This document shows positions 1 to 10,468 of a DNA stretch of 64,000 bases, one piece after another; within the stretch, counting starts at the first letter, position 1, and each line of letters starts with the position of its first letter. Below the pieces are notes generated by a model. The model was given only the letters and a program-made list of their open reading frames with translations, was not told the origin of the DNA and searched no databases. The position numbers and the translations under genes are program-made. The stretch comes from Nostoc sp. DedSLP01 (GTDB lineage Bacteria > Cyanobacteriota > Cyanobacteriia > Cyanobacteriales > Nostocaceae). The stretch covers positions 64,001 through 128,000 of the forward strand of contig JAVRCJ020000009.1 in the NCBI GenBank assembly GCA_034530875.2. The letters are read 5' to 3'.

Positions 1-38
1 CGACGGGCGTTTTCGTTGTAGATAATGCGCTTTGCCAT
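1..38 (-). CDS. groEL: Chaperonin GroEL, N-terminal fragment (runs off window)
   Basis: Reverse strand reads MAKRIIYNENAR, directly downstream of groES. Confidence 0.95.
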   Translation of the reverse strand, partial: MAKRIIYNENAR

Positions 39-156
39 AGGTGTGTAAATTCAAGGAGTAAGTCAATTTTTTTTTGAATTGGGCATTGGGCAAACAGGGC
101 ATTGGGCATCGGGAAGACTCTTTCCTATTCCCCATCCCCTATTCCCTACTCCCCAG

Positions 157-468
157 TTAGACAACGACTGCTAAAATATCTTTTTCAGAAAGCAGTACAT
201 ATTCTTCAGTACCGAGTTTGATGTCAGTACCGGCGTACTTAGAGTACAGAACCTTATCACCGACTTTAATTTCTAATTCTTGACGGCTACCGTCGTCGTT
301 ACGCTTGCCAGGGCCAAGGGCGACTACTTCGCCTACTTGGGGCTTTTCTTTGGCGGTATCGGGCAAATACAGACCACCTGCGGTCTTTTCCTCAGAGGCG
401 CTCACTTTTACGAAAACGCGATCGCCCAAAGGTTTTACTGTAGAAACTGTTAAAGATATTGCTGCCAT
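157..468 (-). CDS. groES: Co-chaperonin GroES
   Basis: KPLGDRV...[11 protein letters not shown]...VLYSKYAG Cpn10 signature. Confidence 0.99.
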   Translation of the reverse strand: MAAISLTVSTVKPLGDRVFVKVSASEEKTAGGLYLPDTAKEKPQVGEVVALGPGKRNDDGSRQELEIKVGDKVLYSKYAGTDIKLGTEEYVLLSEKDILAVVV

Positions 469-486
469 ATCATTTTCTCCGAAGAG

Positions 487-513
487 TTAGCACTCTCAAC
501 TCCTGAGTGCTAA
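487..513. promoter_or_regulatory. CIRCE element (HrcA operator)
   Basis: Perfect TTAGCACTC-N9-GAGTGCTAA just upstream of groES. Confidence 0.97.
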
Positions 514-552
514 TCTACCCAAAAGCAGAGTCCAATGGCAAGAATTTCTTAA

Positions 553-568
553 GTACGGGTTCCCGAAC
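553..568 (-). promoter_or_regulatory. K-box (cyanobacterial groESL activating element)
   Basis: Minus strand GTTCGG-GAAC-CCGTAC fits GTTCGG-NNAN-CCNNAC, upstream of CIRCE. Confidence 0.85.
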
Positions 569-794
569 TAGAATCTCTGGAGTGTACTTAAGTACAAATG
601 CTTAATTATTTTTACCTTGCGGGTTTTGTTCCGGAAGCTACGAATACTTCTATAGGGACTGGGGAGTAGGGAGTAGGGAGTGGGGAATATTAAGAGAATT
701 CTTTCTCTATTCCCCATTTCCCAGTACCCATCTCAGTAAACTTTATTTGCAAAGCTTGGAAATTGTTATAGAACTGTAAGCAGGGAGTCGCTCT

Positions 795-1268
795 ATGAGT
801 AACAATAAAGTGATCCAGAAAAGCCATCAAATCCCTAAAACCACCAAGTCTCTTGAAAATAAAGCCCTGAGTAATTGTGTAGAAAGTTTAGGAGTACGAA
901 AAATCCAGCAACATATTTTTATTTGTGCTGACCAAACAACTCCTAGCTCCTGCTCAAAAAGAGCTAGTCTGGAATCTTGGGAGTACTTAAAAAAGCGACT
1001 TAAAGAGTTCAGACTCAACAAGTCGCTAGTAGGTGATCTCATTTGCTTTTTTAGAACTAAAACCAATTGCTTGCAGGTTTATTGTTCTGGACTCATAATG
1101 GTGGTCTACCTTGATGGGGTCTGGTATCGCCAAGCAAACCCGGAGGTTGATTAAGCGATCGTTTAAGAACACTTAATAGGCATAATGGCGGTTGAAAAAT
1201 ATGCGTTTTTAACCCATCCATTGCCAAAAACTTTCCTGGTTTCTTGCGAACATCTCATAGAGGCTTAA
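795..1268 (+). pseudogene. Thioredoxin-like [2Fe-2S] ferredoxin, degraded
   Basis: HIFICADQT..C, RTKTNCLQVYC.G, VVYLDGVWYR motifs; frame continues past two in-frame TAA stops as EVD*AIV*EHLIG...YAFLTHPLP. Confidence 0.8.
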
Positions 1269-1593
1269 CAACCAAAAGGTATGTTATAGCAGTAAGCTTT
1301 AAGAAAGTGCGGGTTGGTTTTGAGGTAGGGTCATCTTTAAGCCAATACTTAACTAGTTAGTCAGAAGGATTATTATTTAATCAGTGTTTTTTACCCCGCC
1401 CCTTTCAAAGCGATATATAATAGCGCATTATAGATACTACTGCTATACGTATCCTTGCTGGACTTTTGCTATCGAGCTAGTAGTCTCTTGAAAGTGCTCG
1501 GCATTTTTGAGACTTGAGACAGCAAAGGCAAGTTAAGTAGAAAAAAGGACAACATCTCACACAACCCACCATAGAGGATAAATATTCAAGACC

Positions 1594-2274
1594 TTGATGG
1601 ACCGAAGCGCGACAAGTGCCACTGCTATGAAAGAGCCCAGCATGAAAGATCACAAACGACTTCTATTGATTGATGATGACCCTAACCTCATCTTGCTGGT
1701 GAAGGATTACTTAGAATTCCGGGGATATGAAGTCATCACCGCTGAAAATGGACGTGAAGCTCTGGAAATTTTAGAGCAAGATGTTCCAGACATGATCATC
1801 TGCGATGTGATGATGCCGGAAATGGACGGATATACTTTTGTGGAACAAGTCCGGCAAAACGAACGCACCAGTTGGATTCCAGTTCTTTTCCTTTCAGCCA
1901 AAGGACAAAGTGCAGACCGAGTTAAAGGTCTAAACAAAGGTGCTGATGTTTATATGGTCAAGCCCTTTGAACCAGAAGAACTCGTAGCCCAAGTTGAGTC
2001 CTCACTGAAACAAACTATCCGTTGGAAAGAACACCAAGCAAAAGGGGGCGAAAACGGTTCCCGCATCCAAGTTCCTTTCGATGTCCAGTTAACCCCGACC
2101 GAACTGAAAGTAGTCCAGTTTGTAGCTAGGGGTTTAGCTAACCGGGAAATTGCTGAAGAACTCAACGTTAGTCAGCGTACAGTTGAAAGCCATGTGTCCA
2201 ACATGTTGGGCAAAACCAATCTCCACAACCGCACTGAACTAGCGCGGTGGGCGATTGAAAATCAAATGGCATAA
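1594..2274 (+). CDS. NarL/LuxR-family two-component response regulator
   Basis: REC domain (LLIDDD, CDVMMP, KPF) plus LuxR HTH (NREIAEELNVSQRTVESH); start may be slightly downstream. Confidence 0.95.
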   Translation: MMDRSATSATAMKEPSMKDHKRLLLIDDDPNLILLVKDYLEFRGYEVITAENGREALEILEQDVPDMIICDVMMPEMDGYTFVEQVRQNERTSWIPVLFLSAKGQSADRVKGLNKGADVYMVKPFEPEELVAQVESSLKQTIRWKEHQAKGGENGSRIQVPFDVQLTPTELKVVQFVARGLANREIAEELNVSQRTVESHVSNMLGKTNLHNRTELARWAIENQMA

Positions 2275-2821
2275 ATCCAGTTAGGAGTTAAAAGTTAAGA
2301 GTTATAAATTTTTTAACTCCTAACTTCTAACTTCTAACTAAAATTTACCAACCATCTTCTTCTGGATTGGATTAATGCAAAACTTATAAATCCAATTCAT
2401 CTAGGTAATTTAAGGCGCTTTTATTCTGGGAAGTTGTTCCTCGTAGTTCCAAATCGAAACAGCTATATTCTGTCATATTTGCCCTTACCTGAGTATCAGT
2501 AATAATGACTGTAAAACCATAGTAAAAAATCAGTCATGAAGCTACTGCATATTTATGCAAATCTTTGAGAATGCGAACCGAAATATGAGTTTGGGTGCAT
2601 CTATTATCTAAAATATTCAGTAATGAGATTTCACCTGTTTATTTAGAATTGCTATCGGAGCTTCCTCTTCGACTTCTAGGATGAAGTTTTTGCTTTGTAC
2701 AATTTTTTCAACGCTCAATGAAAATCAGAAATCTAGATCTGAAAAAGTTGAAGAATTGCTGATAATTTGGTAGCAATGAGGTTAATCGTCATTTTACATT
2801 GGTTTTAAATAAATTAAATAT

Positions 2822-2869
2822 TAAAAATCCGTAGGGGCTTAATCACCGTTGAACTCCTACGGATTTTTA
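2822..2869. repeat. GTAG-bounded REP-like palindrome / bidirectional terminator
   Basis: TAAAAATCCGTAGGGG...CTCCTACGGATTTTTA inverted repeat. Confidence 0.7.
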
Positions 2870-3163
2870 TATAGATTTGAAAACTAATAAATTCTCTTTC
2901 CAAACTTTAATTAATACATCGAATGCAAGCTGTGTGGGCTGTCGTTCGTCAATTTAGATTGGATTAAACAACGGTACAATCCAGCAATCCTACAAAAGCT
3001 CAAACAGCAATCTTGTCTTGTAGGAATTATAAATTTCTTTCAGCTAGCTATTTTAAATAGTATATGTTAATTTTTCACAATTTTTGGGAATTCTATTACT
3101 AGAACCTTAGAGATTTAATCCTCTGTTTAAATGTAAATAAAAATTAATTTTTATTTTTGTGTA

Positions 3164-4135
3164 ATGAGTTATTGTATCAACCCTTATTGTTTAAAACCTA
3201 TTGACCCAGCGAACGCAAAAAACAGGATTTGCTGTAACTGTGGATCGGATTTAGTGCTTAAAGGTCGCTATCGAGTACTCAAGGAACTAGGCAGTGGTGG
3301 CTTTAGTAAAACTTTTGAGGTTGATGATTGTGGCACAACTAAAGTTTTAAAAGTGCTGACTGAGAATAACTCAAAAGCCATTGAATTGTTTCAGCAGGAA
3401 GCAAAGGTTTTGAGTCAGCTGAACAGTGCGGGTATTCCCAAAGTATAACCAGATGGTTATTTTACTGTTTTACCTAAAAATAGCTGTGTACCATTGCACT
3501 GTTTAGCAATGGAGAAAATTGAGGGAGTAAATTTAGAGCAGTGGATGGAATTTCATAATTATCAATGTATTTCTGAAGCTCAAGCTCTCAATTGGCTCAA
3601 GCAACTTGTAGAAATTCTTGCTCTAGTACACGCTCATCAATATTTTCACCGTGATATTAAACCTCAAAATATCATGCTGCGACCAAGTGGGCAGCTTGTC
3701 TTAATTGATTTTGGTGCAGTTCGACAAGTCACGACAACCATTGTGGCAGGAAATTCTCATACCAGAATTATTTCACAAGGCTATTCACCACCAGAGCAAC
3801 AAAACGGTTATTCGGTACAGCAGTCTGACTTTTTTGCATTGGGACGGACTTTTATTTTTCTGCTCACAGGTAAGGAACCCCAGGATAAATCTATTTACGA
3901 TCCTCTTACGAACGAGTTGCACTGGTGAAAATCTGCACTCAATCTTTCTTTCCTTTTAGCAGATTTAATTGACCATTTAATGGCTCCTACTGCAAATCAG
4001 CGTCCTGAAAATACGCAAGTGATTTTGCAGAAATTGAACGAAATAGAAAAAGAGTTGCAAACGCCTAAAATACTAGGTCAAAAAACGACAATTCAATTAA
4101 CAAATAGGTCTAAATCCGAAACTTCAATTGGTTAA
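3164..4135 (+). pseudogene. Ser/Thr protein kinase (Pkn type, N-terminal 4-Cys prefix), two nonsense codons
   Basis: MSYCINPYC..C..CG, LGSGGFSKT, HRDIKPQN, LIDFG all in one frame, interrupted by TAA 3446-3448 and TGA 3926-3928; continues LADLIDHLMA...RP to TAA 4135. Confidence 0.9.
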
Positions 4136-4138
4136 GTA

Positions 4139-4452
4139 ATGACCAAAGCACTTGAAGCAATTAGCGAGATCGCCAGCTACAAAGAAATATAGCTGCTGCC
4201 AGTGGCATCTTAGCAGGTCTGGTATTAAATAAAAATGTAATTAACAAGATTTTAAGGAGTGAGATGATGCGCGAATCAGTCATTTATCAACAAATCCTAG
4301 AAGAAGGCGAAGCCAAAGGTAAAGCAGAAACAATAAGAAAGTTGGCTTTAAATTTGTTGCGAATTGGGATGAGTTTAGAGCAAATTGCTGAAGTTACCGA
4401 ATTATCTATTGAGCAGATTCAAGTTTTACAACAAGAAATTCAACAATCTTAA
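4139..4452 (+). pseudogene. C-terminal remnant of Rpn-family (putative transposase/recombination-promoting nuclease) gene
   Basis: NIAAASGILAGLVL...RSEMMRESVIYQQILEEG..G...IAEVTELS is typical of cyanobacterial Rpn C-termini; frameshift at 4164-4173. Confidence 0.7.
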
Positions 4453-4490
4453 TTTTTACTAATTGCTTGATAAAATACCCCCTATACAAA

Positions 4491-4514
4491 TGAAACCCGC
4501 GAATGCGGGTTTCA
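4491..4514. terminator. Hairpin between convergent genes
   Basis: TGAAACCCGC-GAAT-GCGGGTTTCA. Confidence 0.65.
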
Positions 4515-4589
4515 AAGTTTTTATTAGTCCATCAGAACAGACTTGGTTTGTGTAGACGTGATTTCTAATCGCCTGATTTTCAACTCAAA

Positions 4590-5981
4590 CTAAAACTCAG
4601 CACTTTGAGGTGTACGTGGGAAAGGAATTACATCGCGAATATTTGGCATTCCGGTGATGAATTGCACGAGTCGTTCAAAACCCAAACCAAAACCAGCGTG
4701 AGGAACAGTACCATAACGGCGCAAATCTAGATACCACCATAAATCTTCTGGCTTCATTCCTTGCGCTATTACTCGACGTTCTAAAACGTCTAAGCGTTCT
4801 TCCCGCTGAGAACCACCAATAATTTCGCCAATTTTCGGCGCGAGAATATCCATTGCGCGAACGGTTTTTTCATCGTCGTTCAAGCGCATATAAAAAGCTT
4901 TAATTTTTGCTGGATAATCTGTAACGATTACTGGCTTTTTAAATAATTGTTCGGCTAGGTAACGTTCGTGTTCTGATTGTAAATCTAAGCCCCAGCTGAC
5001 AGGATATTCAAATTTGACATCGGCTTTTTCTAAAAGTGCGATCGCTTCTGTATAAGTTAAGCGTTCAAATTGATTGTTGATAATATTCTCGGCTGTTGCC
5101 AACACCGAATTATCAATGCGCTGATTGAAAAATTCCATATCTTCCGCACAAGTTTCCAACACATATTTAAAAATATGTTTGAGAAACTCCTCGGCTAAAT
5201 CCATATCGCCTTCTAAATCGCAAAAAGCCATTTCTGGCTCAACCATCCAAAATTCTGCTAAGTGACGCGAAGTATTGGAATTTTCTGCACGGAAGGTAGG
5301 GCCAAATGTGTAGACGTTGCTAAAGGCCATCGCCATGATTTCCGCTTCCAACTGACCGCTAACTGTTAAATATGTCGGTTTAGCAAAAAAATCTTTGCTG
5401 TAATCTACTGCTTGATTATCTGTGCGGGGAATATTTTTTAAATCCAAACTAGTAACGCTAAAAAGTTCGCCTGCGCCTTCACAGTCGCTAGCAGTGATGA
5501 TGGGTGTGTGTACCCACAAAAAACCTCTTTGTTGGAAGAATTGGTGAATTGCTGTGGAACAAGCATTTCTGACACGGAAAACTGCACCAAAAGAATTAGT
5601 ACGCGATCGCAAATGTCCAATGGTTCGCAGAAACTCAAAGGAATGACGCTTCTTTTGCAGCGGATACGTATCGGGATCGGCTTCTCCATAAACTTTTACG
5701 GATTCTGCTTTCAGCTCGATTCGCTGTCCTTTTCCCAAAGAAGCCACCAACACGCCAGCTACCTCAACAGCAGCACCCGTATTCAGCTTTTTCAAAATAG
5801 CTTCATAATCTGGCAAATCTTGATTGATGACGACTTGCAAATTAGCTAGCGATGAGCCGTCATTAACTTCGATAAAAGCAAATCCTTTGGACTCGCGTTT
5901 TGTCCTCACCCAGCCTTGAACTAGTAGAGACTCGTCAGGTTGACCACTTCGCAATATTTCTGCAATCCGTCGATTTACCAT
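4590..5981 (-). CDS. asnS: Asparagine--tRNA ligase
   Basis: [33 protein letters not shown]; probable start MVNRRIAE at 5981. Confidence 0.98.
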   Translation of the reverse strand: MVNRRIAEILRSGQPDESLLVQGWVRTKRESKGFAFIEVNDGSSLANLQVVINQDLPDYEAILKKLNTGAAVEVAGVLVASLGKGQRIELKAESVKVYGEADPDTYPLQKKRHSFEFLRTIGHLRSRTNSFGAVFRVRNACSTAIHQFFQQRGFLWVHTPIITASDCEGAGELFSVTSLDLKNIPRTDNQAVDYSKDFFAKPTYLTVSGQLEAEIMAMAFSNVYTFGPTFRAENSNTSRHLAEFWMVEPEMAFCDLEGDMDLAEEFLKHIFKYVLETCAEDMEFFNQRIDNSVLATAENIINNQFERLTYTEAIALLEKADVKFEYPVSWGLDLQSEHERYLAEQLFKKPVIVTDYPAKIKAFYMRLNDDEKTVRAMDILAPKIGEIIGGSQREERLDVLERRVIAQGMKPEDLWWYLDLRRYGTVPHAGFGLGFERLVQFITGMPNIRDVIPFPRTPQSAEF

Positions 5982-5983
5982 AA

Positions 5984-6346
5984 TTACCCAGCATAAGACT
6001 TCAATATCCAGCCTATGATAACGCCCATTCCACCAAAGCGGACGACCTGCCAGAAAGGTTTTTTGAGACTGCGCCAAGAAAACAACTGGCTTTCTAAGTT
6101 AAGTTCTAGCATTTCCAATTGTTGTTTGATTTGCTGTAACTCTGCTTTGATTTCTGATGTCTGAGATTTATGGCGTTTTAATCGATCCTGATGCTGTTGT
6201 AATTGAGCCTTGTGCTGGCGATCGCGCTTTACTTGCTCGTAACGTTCTCTCAAAGATAAGAGCGATCGCTCTACTTCCTCGATTTCTTGTTCCAAATCTG
6301 GTTCCGGATTTTCCCCTGGCGGTTGTGATTGTTGAGACGGCTTCAT
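5984..6346 (-). CDS. Hypothetical coiled-coil protein with C-terminal membrane helix
   Basis: 120-aa ORF abutting asnS; ends [19 protein letters not shown]. Confidence 0.8.
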   Translation of the reverse strand: MKPSQQSQPPGENPEPDLEQEIEEVERSLLSLRERYEQVKRDRQHKAQLQQHQDRLKRHKSQTSEIKAELQQIKQQLEMLELNLESQLFSWRSLKKPFWQVVRFGGMGVIIGWILKSYAG

Positions 6347-6378
6347 TTACAGGTAGTAAACTAAGATTAAAAGTTAAT

Positions 6379-6440
6379 TGTCATTTGTCATTAGTCATTT
6401 GTCATTAGTCATTGGTCATTGGACTTTGGACAAATGACAA
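6379..6440. repeat. STRR heptamer array (GTCATT[T/A/G]) with inverted partner at ~6590-6620
   Basis: tgtcatttgtcattagtcatttgtcattagtcattggtcatt; similar arrays at ~9215-9245, 10112-10150, 18218-18260, 26847-26905. Confidence 0.85.
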
Positions 6441-6635
6441 AGCCCAAAGTTTCTTACCAGGTTTCCTGCGATAGAGTAGTGATTTGCCGTGTTTGCGAAC
6501 GTCTAACTCCGCCACCCCATACCCCTACGAGTAAGTAAGCTAACAACAGCGCCTCCGTCAGGGGAAGAGTACAGAACTTTGTAACGGAGGACTAATGACA
6601 AATGACTAATGACAAATAACTAAGGACTTCAAATT

Positions 6636-6932
6636 ATGTCTCAATCTACGCAGCTGCCGAAAACCACTCAACTGGATGAATTTAGTACTTTAGAACTAGC
6701 TCAAGCTCTAATGCAAAGGCTGAGCATATCTCCACAAGATTGGCATCGCCTCAAGTCTAACCGCAATTCCCGCGCCAACGAACAAGTAGCAGCAGCTCTT
6801 GTGTATCTTCTCAATAATCAGCCACAGGAAGCTCAAGCCAGACTAGAACAAGCCATTGGTTGGCTAGATCGCTCTATTTCTGCTCCTCCCTGTCCAACTC
6901 ATGGAAATAAGGGAGTAGGGAGTGGGGAGTAG
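6636..6932 (+). CDS. Conserved cyanobacterial protein (DUF6439-like)
   Basis: DWHRLKSNR...WLDRSISAPPCPTHG motif. Confidence 0.8.
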   Translation: MSQSTQLPKTTQLDEFSTLELAQALMQRLSISPQDWHRLKSNRNSRANEQVAAALVYLLNNQPQEAQARLEQAIGWLDRSISAPPCPTHGNKGVGSGE

Positions 6933-6969
6933 GGAATCGTTTCCCCACTCCCTATTCCCCATTCCCGTC

Positions 6970-7422
6970 TTAACGCCGCAGAGATAGTCCGCGGCGATTT
7001 TCCATTTGTTTGCAAAGCCTCAATTCTGTGCCCTTGCGATTCCACTCTACCTGGTCGAAGATTTGATGAAGAAGGCATAGACCGCGACCACTTTCTGCTT
7101 CATCTGGTGGCAGATAGTCTGTGGGTTCTTCTTCATCATTAATATATGAGGGGGTAAAGCCACTACCCTGGTCTGAAATTATCCACCAATATTGATTATC
7201 TATTAGGGAAAAACGAACTATTACTCTTTTACTCGGATCGAGATTATTACCATGTTTAGCTGCGTTTACCAGGGCTTCTTGAAGCCCTAAACGTAGTTCT
7301 GATTGTAATTTGGCTGGAATTTCTGCCAGCAATAAATCTAATATGGGACAAAGATAGAGGGTTGAGGCAAAACTAATGGTGCCCCAATAACGTCCAACTG
7401 GACGGAGCGAAATAGTAATCAC
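6970..7422 (-). CDS. pmgA: Anti-sigma/RsbW-like HATPase_c regulator, PmgA-like
   Basis: SFASTLYLCPILDLLL, LQEALVNAAKHGN, DQGSGF, ESGRGL; GTG start. Confidence 0.8.
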   Translation of the reverse strand: MITISLRPVGRYWGTISFASTLYLCPILDLLLAEIPAKLQSELRLGLQEALVNAAKHGNNLDPSKRVIVRFSLIDNQYWWIISDQGSGFTPSYINDEEEPTDYLPPDEAESGRGLCLLHQIFDQVEWNRKGTELRLCKQMENRRGLSLRR

Positions 7423-7804
7423 AAGAGAAACCCCATAGCTTTCAGTTAGCTAGACATCAGTTTGGTGTCACAGGCACCCTGATAATAATTGAGGTGGTCA
7501 TGCTGCCTTCAAACTTGCGTCTTTAAAACTAAATTTTGAAAATGCTGGGGAGCATTGACTTTAATAAATGAGTTGCAATTGTTGGAATCTATAACGACCG
7601 AAATAAATTTAATAATGGAACAAGCAATTTTTTAAGTTGCTATTGATTTTGTAGAGTATTGGCATACTCTAGTCGATCGGCGATTTGTAATTTACACAAT
7701 GCTGCTCATACTTTTAAGAGCCTATGCAACTTTAATTTCTTTAAACAAAAATGAATTTCTATTTTTAGCTTAATTCGATTTTAGCATTGTTAGTATGCAC
7801 TAGA

Positions 7805-9220
7805 CTACAAATTTGAAATTTCAGTTTTTTTAAAGGAGTTAGCATCCTTATCCAAATGTGATAGCACAAGAAAGGCAGCAGCTTCCACATGACTAGTTTG
7901 GGGAAAAAAATCAGCAGGTTGTACCCGTGTAATGTTATATTGCCCATCTTGACAGAGTAATTTGAGGTCGCGGGCGAGGGTGGCTACTTTACAGCTGACG
8001 TAAACAATCCGAGATGGTTTCAGGTGCCGTAAAGTGTCTATAACATTGCGATCGCACCCCTTGCGTGGTGGATCGAGGATGACAACTTCTGGTATTGTGC
8101 CCATTTTTGGCAGCAATTTCTCAACTGCGCCGACTTGAAATGTCACATTTTTGATTTCATTGCGTTGGGCATTCAAAATAGCTTGTTCCACGGCTGCTGG
8201 TTGCACTTCTAAACCTACAGCTTGACGTACTTGTTTGGCGAGGGGCAAAGTTAAAGTGCCGATACCGCAGTACGCATCAACTAAGAATTCATGCCCTTGA
8301 AGATTGAGTTCTGACTGAATTACCTGCAATAATGCCTCTGCCGTTTCTGTATAAACTTGGAAAAACGTATCCGGGCGTACTTGAAATTCTAATCCAGCAA
8401 ATTTTTCGCGTAGGTGGGGAACTCCAGCGATGCAACGGGTTTCTAATCCAAAGATAGCATTTGTGCGATCGCCATTGCGATTGAGGGAGACTCCCATTAA
8501 CTGGGGATAGCGCTTTAACCATTCCTGGGCTTGGGTTTCAATTTCTGGTAATTTCCAGTCTTTCACCACCAAAGTCAGCAACATTTCTCCAGTGTGGCGA
8601 CCGATGCGTAAACTCAGATGGCGAATTTGCCCAGCATGGCGCTGTTCGTCGTAAATTTGCCAACCCCGTTGTTGGATATCCTGCTTAACTTCCGCAAGCA
8701 TGGGATTTAAACGCGAGTCTTGGACTGGACATTGATTTAAGTTAATTAATTGGTGACTACTTTTTTGGTAGTAACCAGCTTGTACCTGTCCTGTTGCCGA
8801 TATACCCAGAGGATATGTAGATTTGTTGCGGTAGCCTAGACTAGAAGCAGCAGCCAACACTGGATCTACTGGTGGTTGGACAAAACCACCAATACGTTCC
8901 AAAGCTTGAATAACTTGATTTTGTTTCGCTACTAGTTGGTAATCGTAATTAATGTGCTGCCACTGGCAACCACCGCACTTGTCCGCCACAATACAAGCAG
9001 ATCGGATACGATGGGGCGATGGTTGCAATAGCTCCTGTAGCTTAGCGTGTGCATATTTGGGTTTAACGTGTACTAAGCGCACAATAGCGCGATCCCCTGG
9101 TACAGTATCCGGGACAAAAACTACACGTTCGTTAGCGCGTCCCACACCATCGCCAGTATCGCTCAAGTCAGCGATCGCCACTTCAATTAATTCACCCTGT
9201 TGCCAAATTGTTTTAGTCAT
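7805..9220 (-). CDS. rlmD: 23S rRNA (uracil-C5)-methyltransferase RlmD
   Basis: TRAM domain, CxxxxxCGGC Fe-S motif, DAYCGIG, LDPPRKG, YVSC. Confidence 0.95.
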   Translation of the reverse strand: MTKTIWQQGELIEVAIADLSDTGDGVGRANERVVFVPDTVPGDRAIVRLVHVKPKYAHAKLQELLQPSPHRIRSACIVADKCGGCQWQHINYDYQLVAKQNQVIQALERIGGFVQPPVDPVLAAASSLGYRNKSTYPLGISATGQVQAGYYQKSSHQLINLNQCPVQDSRLNPMLAEVKQDIQQRGWQIYDEQRHAGQIRHLSLRIGRHTGEMLLTLVVKDWKLPEIETQAQEWLKRYPQLMGVSLNRNGDRTNAIFGLETRCIAGVPHLREKFAGLEFQVRPDTFFQVYTETAEALLQVIQSELNLQGHEFLVDAYCGIGTLTLPLAKQVRQAVGLEVQPAAVEQAILNAQRNEIKNVTFQVGAVEKLLPKMGTIPEVVILDPPRKGCDRNVIDTLRHLKPSRIVYVSCKVATLARDLKLLCQDGQYNITRVQPADFFPQTSHVEAAAFLVLSHLDKDANSFKKTEISNL

Positions 9221-9411
9221 TAGTCATTGGTCATTGGTCATTAGTTATTAATTATCGTCCTCTGCCCCCTCTGCCTCCTCTGCCCCTTCTGCCCCTCTGC
9301 CCCTTTAATCCTCTGCCCCTCTTCCCATCTCCCTCATCCCCACTCCCCCTTCACTTGTGTACCTCAGACTCGCTAAACTAACAGATAATATTTAAGGTGA
9401 TTTCAATCATC

Positions 9412-9897
9412 ATGACTGTAATTAGCCAAGTTATTCTCAAAGCCGACGACGAACTGCGTTATCCCAGCAGTGGCGAACTTAAAAATATCAAAGACTTTTT
9501 GCAAACCGGCGTGCAACGGACGCGCATTGCTGCGACCTTAGCTGAAAATGAAAAAAAGATCGTTCAGGAAGCAACCAAACAACTTTGGCAAAAGCGCCCT
9601 GACTTTATCTCTCCCGGTGGTAATGCTTACGGCGAACGTCAACGTTCTCTATGCATCCGTGATTTTGGCTGGTACTTACGTCTAATTACTTATGGTGTAC
9701 TTGCCGGTGACAAAGAGCCAATTGAAAAAATCGGTTTGATTGGTGTACGGGAAATGTACAATTCATTGGGCGTTCCTGTTCCTGGAATGGTAGAAGCTAT
9801 CAGTTCTCTCAAAACAGCTGCTCTTGGCTTACTGAGTGCAGAAGATGCTGCTGAAGCTGGGCCATACTTTGATTACATCATTCAAGCGATGTCTTAA
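9412..9897 (+). CDS. apcD: Allophycocyanin alpha-B subunit
   Basis: [23 protein letters not shown]...[12 protein letters not shown]. Confidence 0.97.
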   Translation: MTVISQVILKADDELRYPSSGELKNIKDFLQTGVQRTRIAATLAENEKKIVQEATKQLWQKRPDFISPGGNAYGERQRSLCIRDFGWYLRLITYGVLAGDKEPIEKIGLIGVREMYNSLGVPVPGMVEAISSLKTAALGLLSAEDAAEAGPYFDYIIQAMS

Positions 9898-10152
9898 TAC
9901 AAAGTCTGTGTTAGTTCTAGGAGTATATATTTACTCTACTAGAGTGAGTGTAAAGTTTTAGCACTCAACAAACATAAGATTACCAATTTGATTGTAACTT
10001 CCCCACATTTGGTAGTAGCTGTGGCTAAATCTCTGTCAAGTTACCAACCAGTTGTGGGGAAATTTTATTTGGGTATGGGGCAGGGAGCAGGGGAGGCAGA
10101 GGAGGATAATTAATGACCAATGACCAATGACTAATGACTAATGACTAATAAC

Positions 10153-10186
10153 AAAAAACCGACAGTCTTCGATGAAGGCTGTCGGT
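10153..10186 (-). terminator. Rho-independent terminator (minus strand)
   Basis: ACCGACAGCCTTC-ATC-GAAGACTGTCGGT followed by a U-tract on the minus strand. Confidence 0.8.
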
Positions 10187-10284
10187 AACTAGTGTGTTCC
10201 CTATTAATGACTCGGCTAGAGTTCAGTTGTCTTTAATTATGTCTATTCAGCGATCGTAATGAGACGATCCTAATCATACATAAG

Positions 10285-10300
10285 TGTGATTGTCGTCACT
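10285..10300. promoter_or_regulatory. Putative CRP-type binding site
   Basis: TGTGA-ttgtcg-TCACT, one mismatch to TGTGA-N6-TCACA. Confidence 0.5.
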
Positions 10301-10468
10301 TGATTGTTACAGGCAAACTGCATTTGCCCAAGTAATTACTGAATTGCACTCAATTTATGCAAGTTTTGACTAAGAGTATATACGTCGGTAGATTCTTTTT
10401 CAGTTTCACTGCAAACAACAGCAGTTAAAAAATTAGCTGCTAAAGCAGGAGATAGACTAATACCAAGC

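Noticed and set aside
2340..3160. Long intergenic region possibly hiding a gene
   Set aside because: AT-rich with frequent stops; only the 2822-2869 palindrome is supportable
3446..3928. Programmed stop-codon readthrough or recoding in the kinase
   Set aside because: Two different stops (TAA, TGA), each one substitution from a sense codon; ordinary pseudogenisation is simpler
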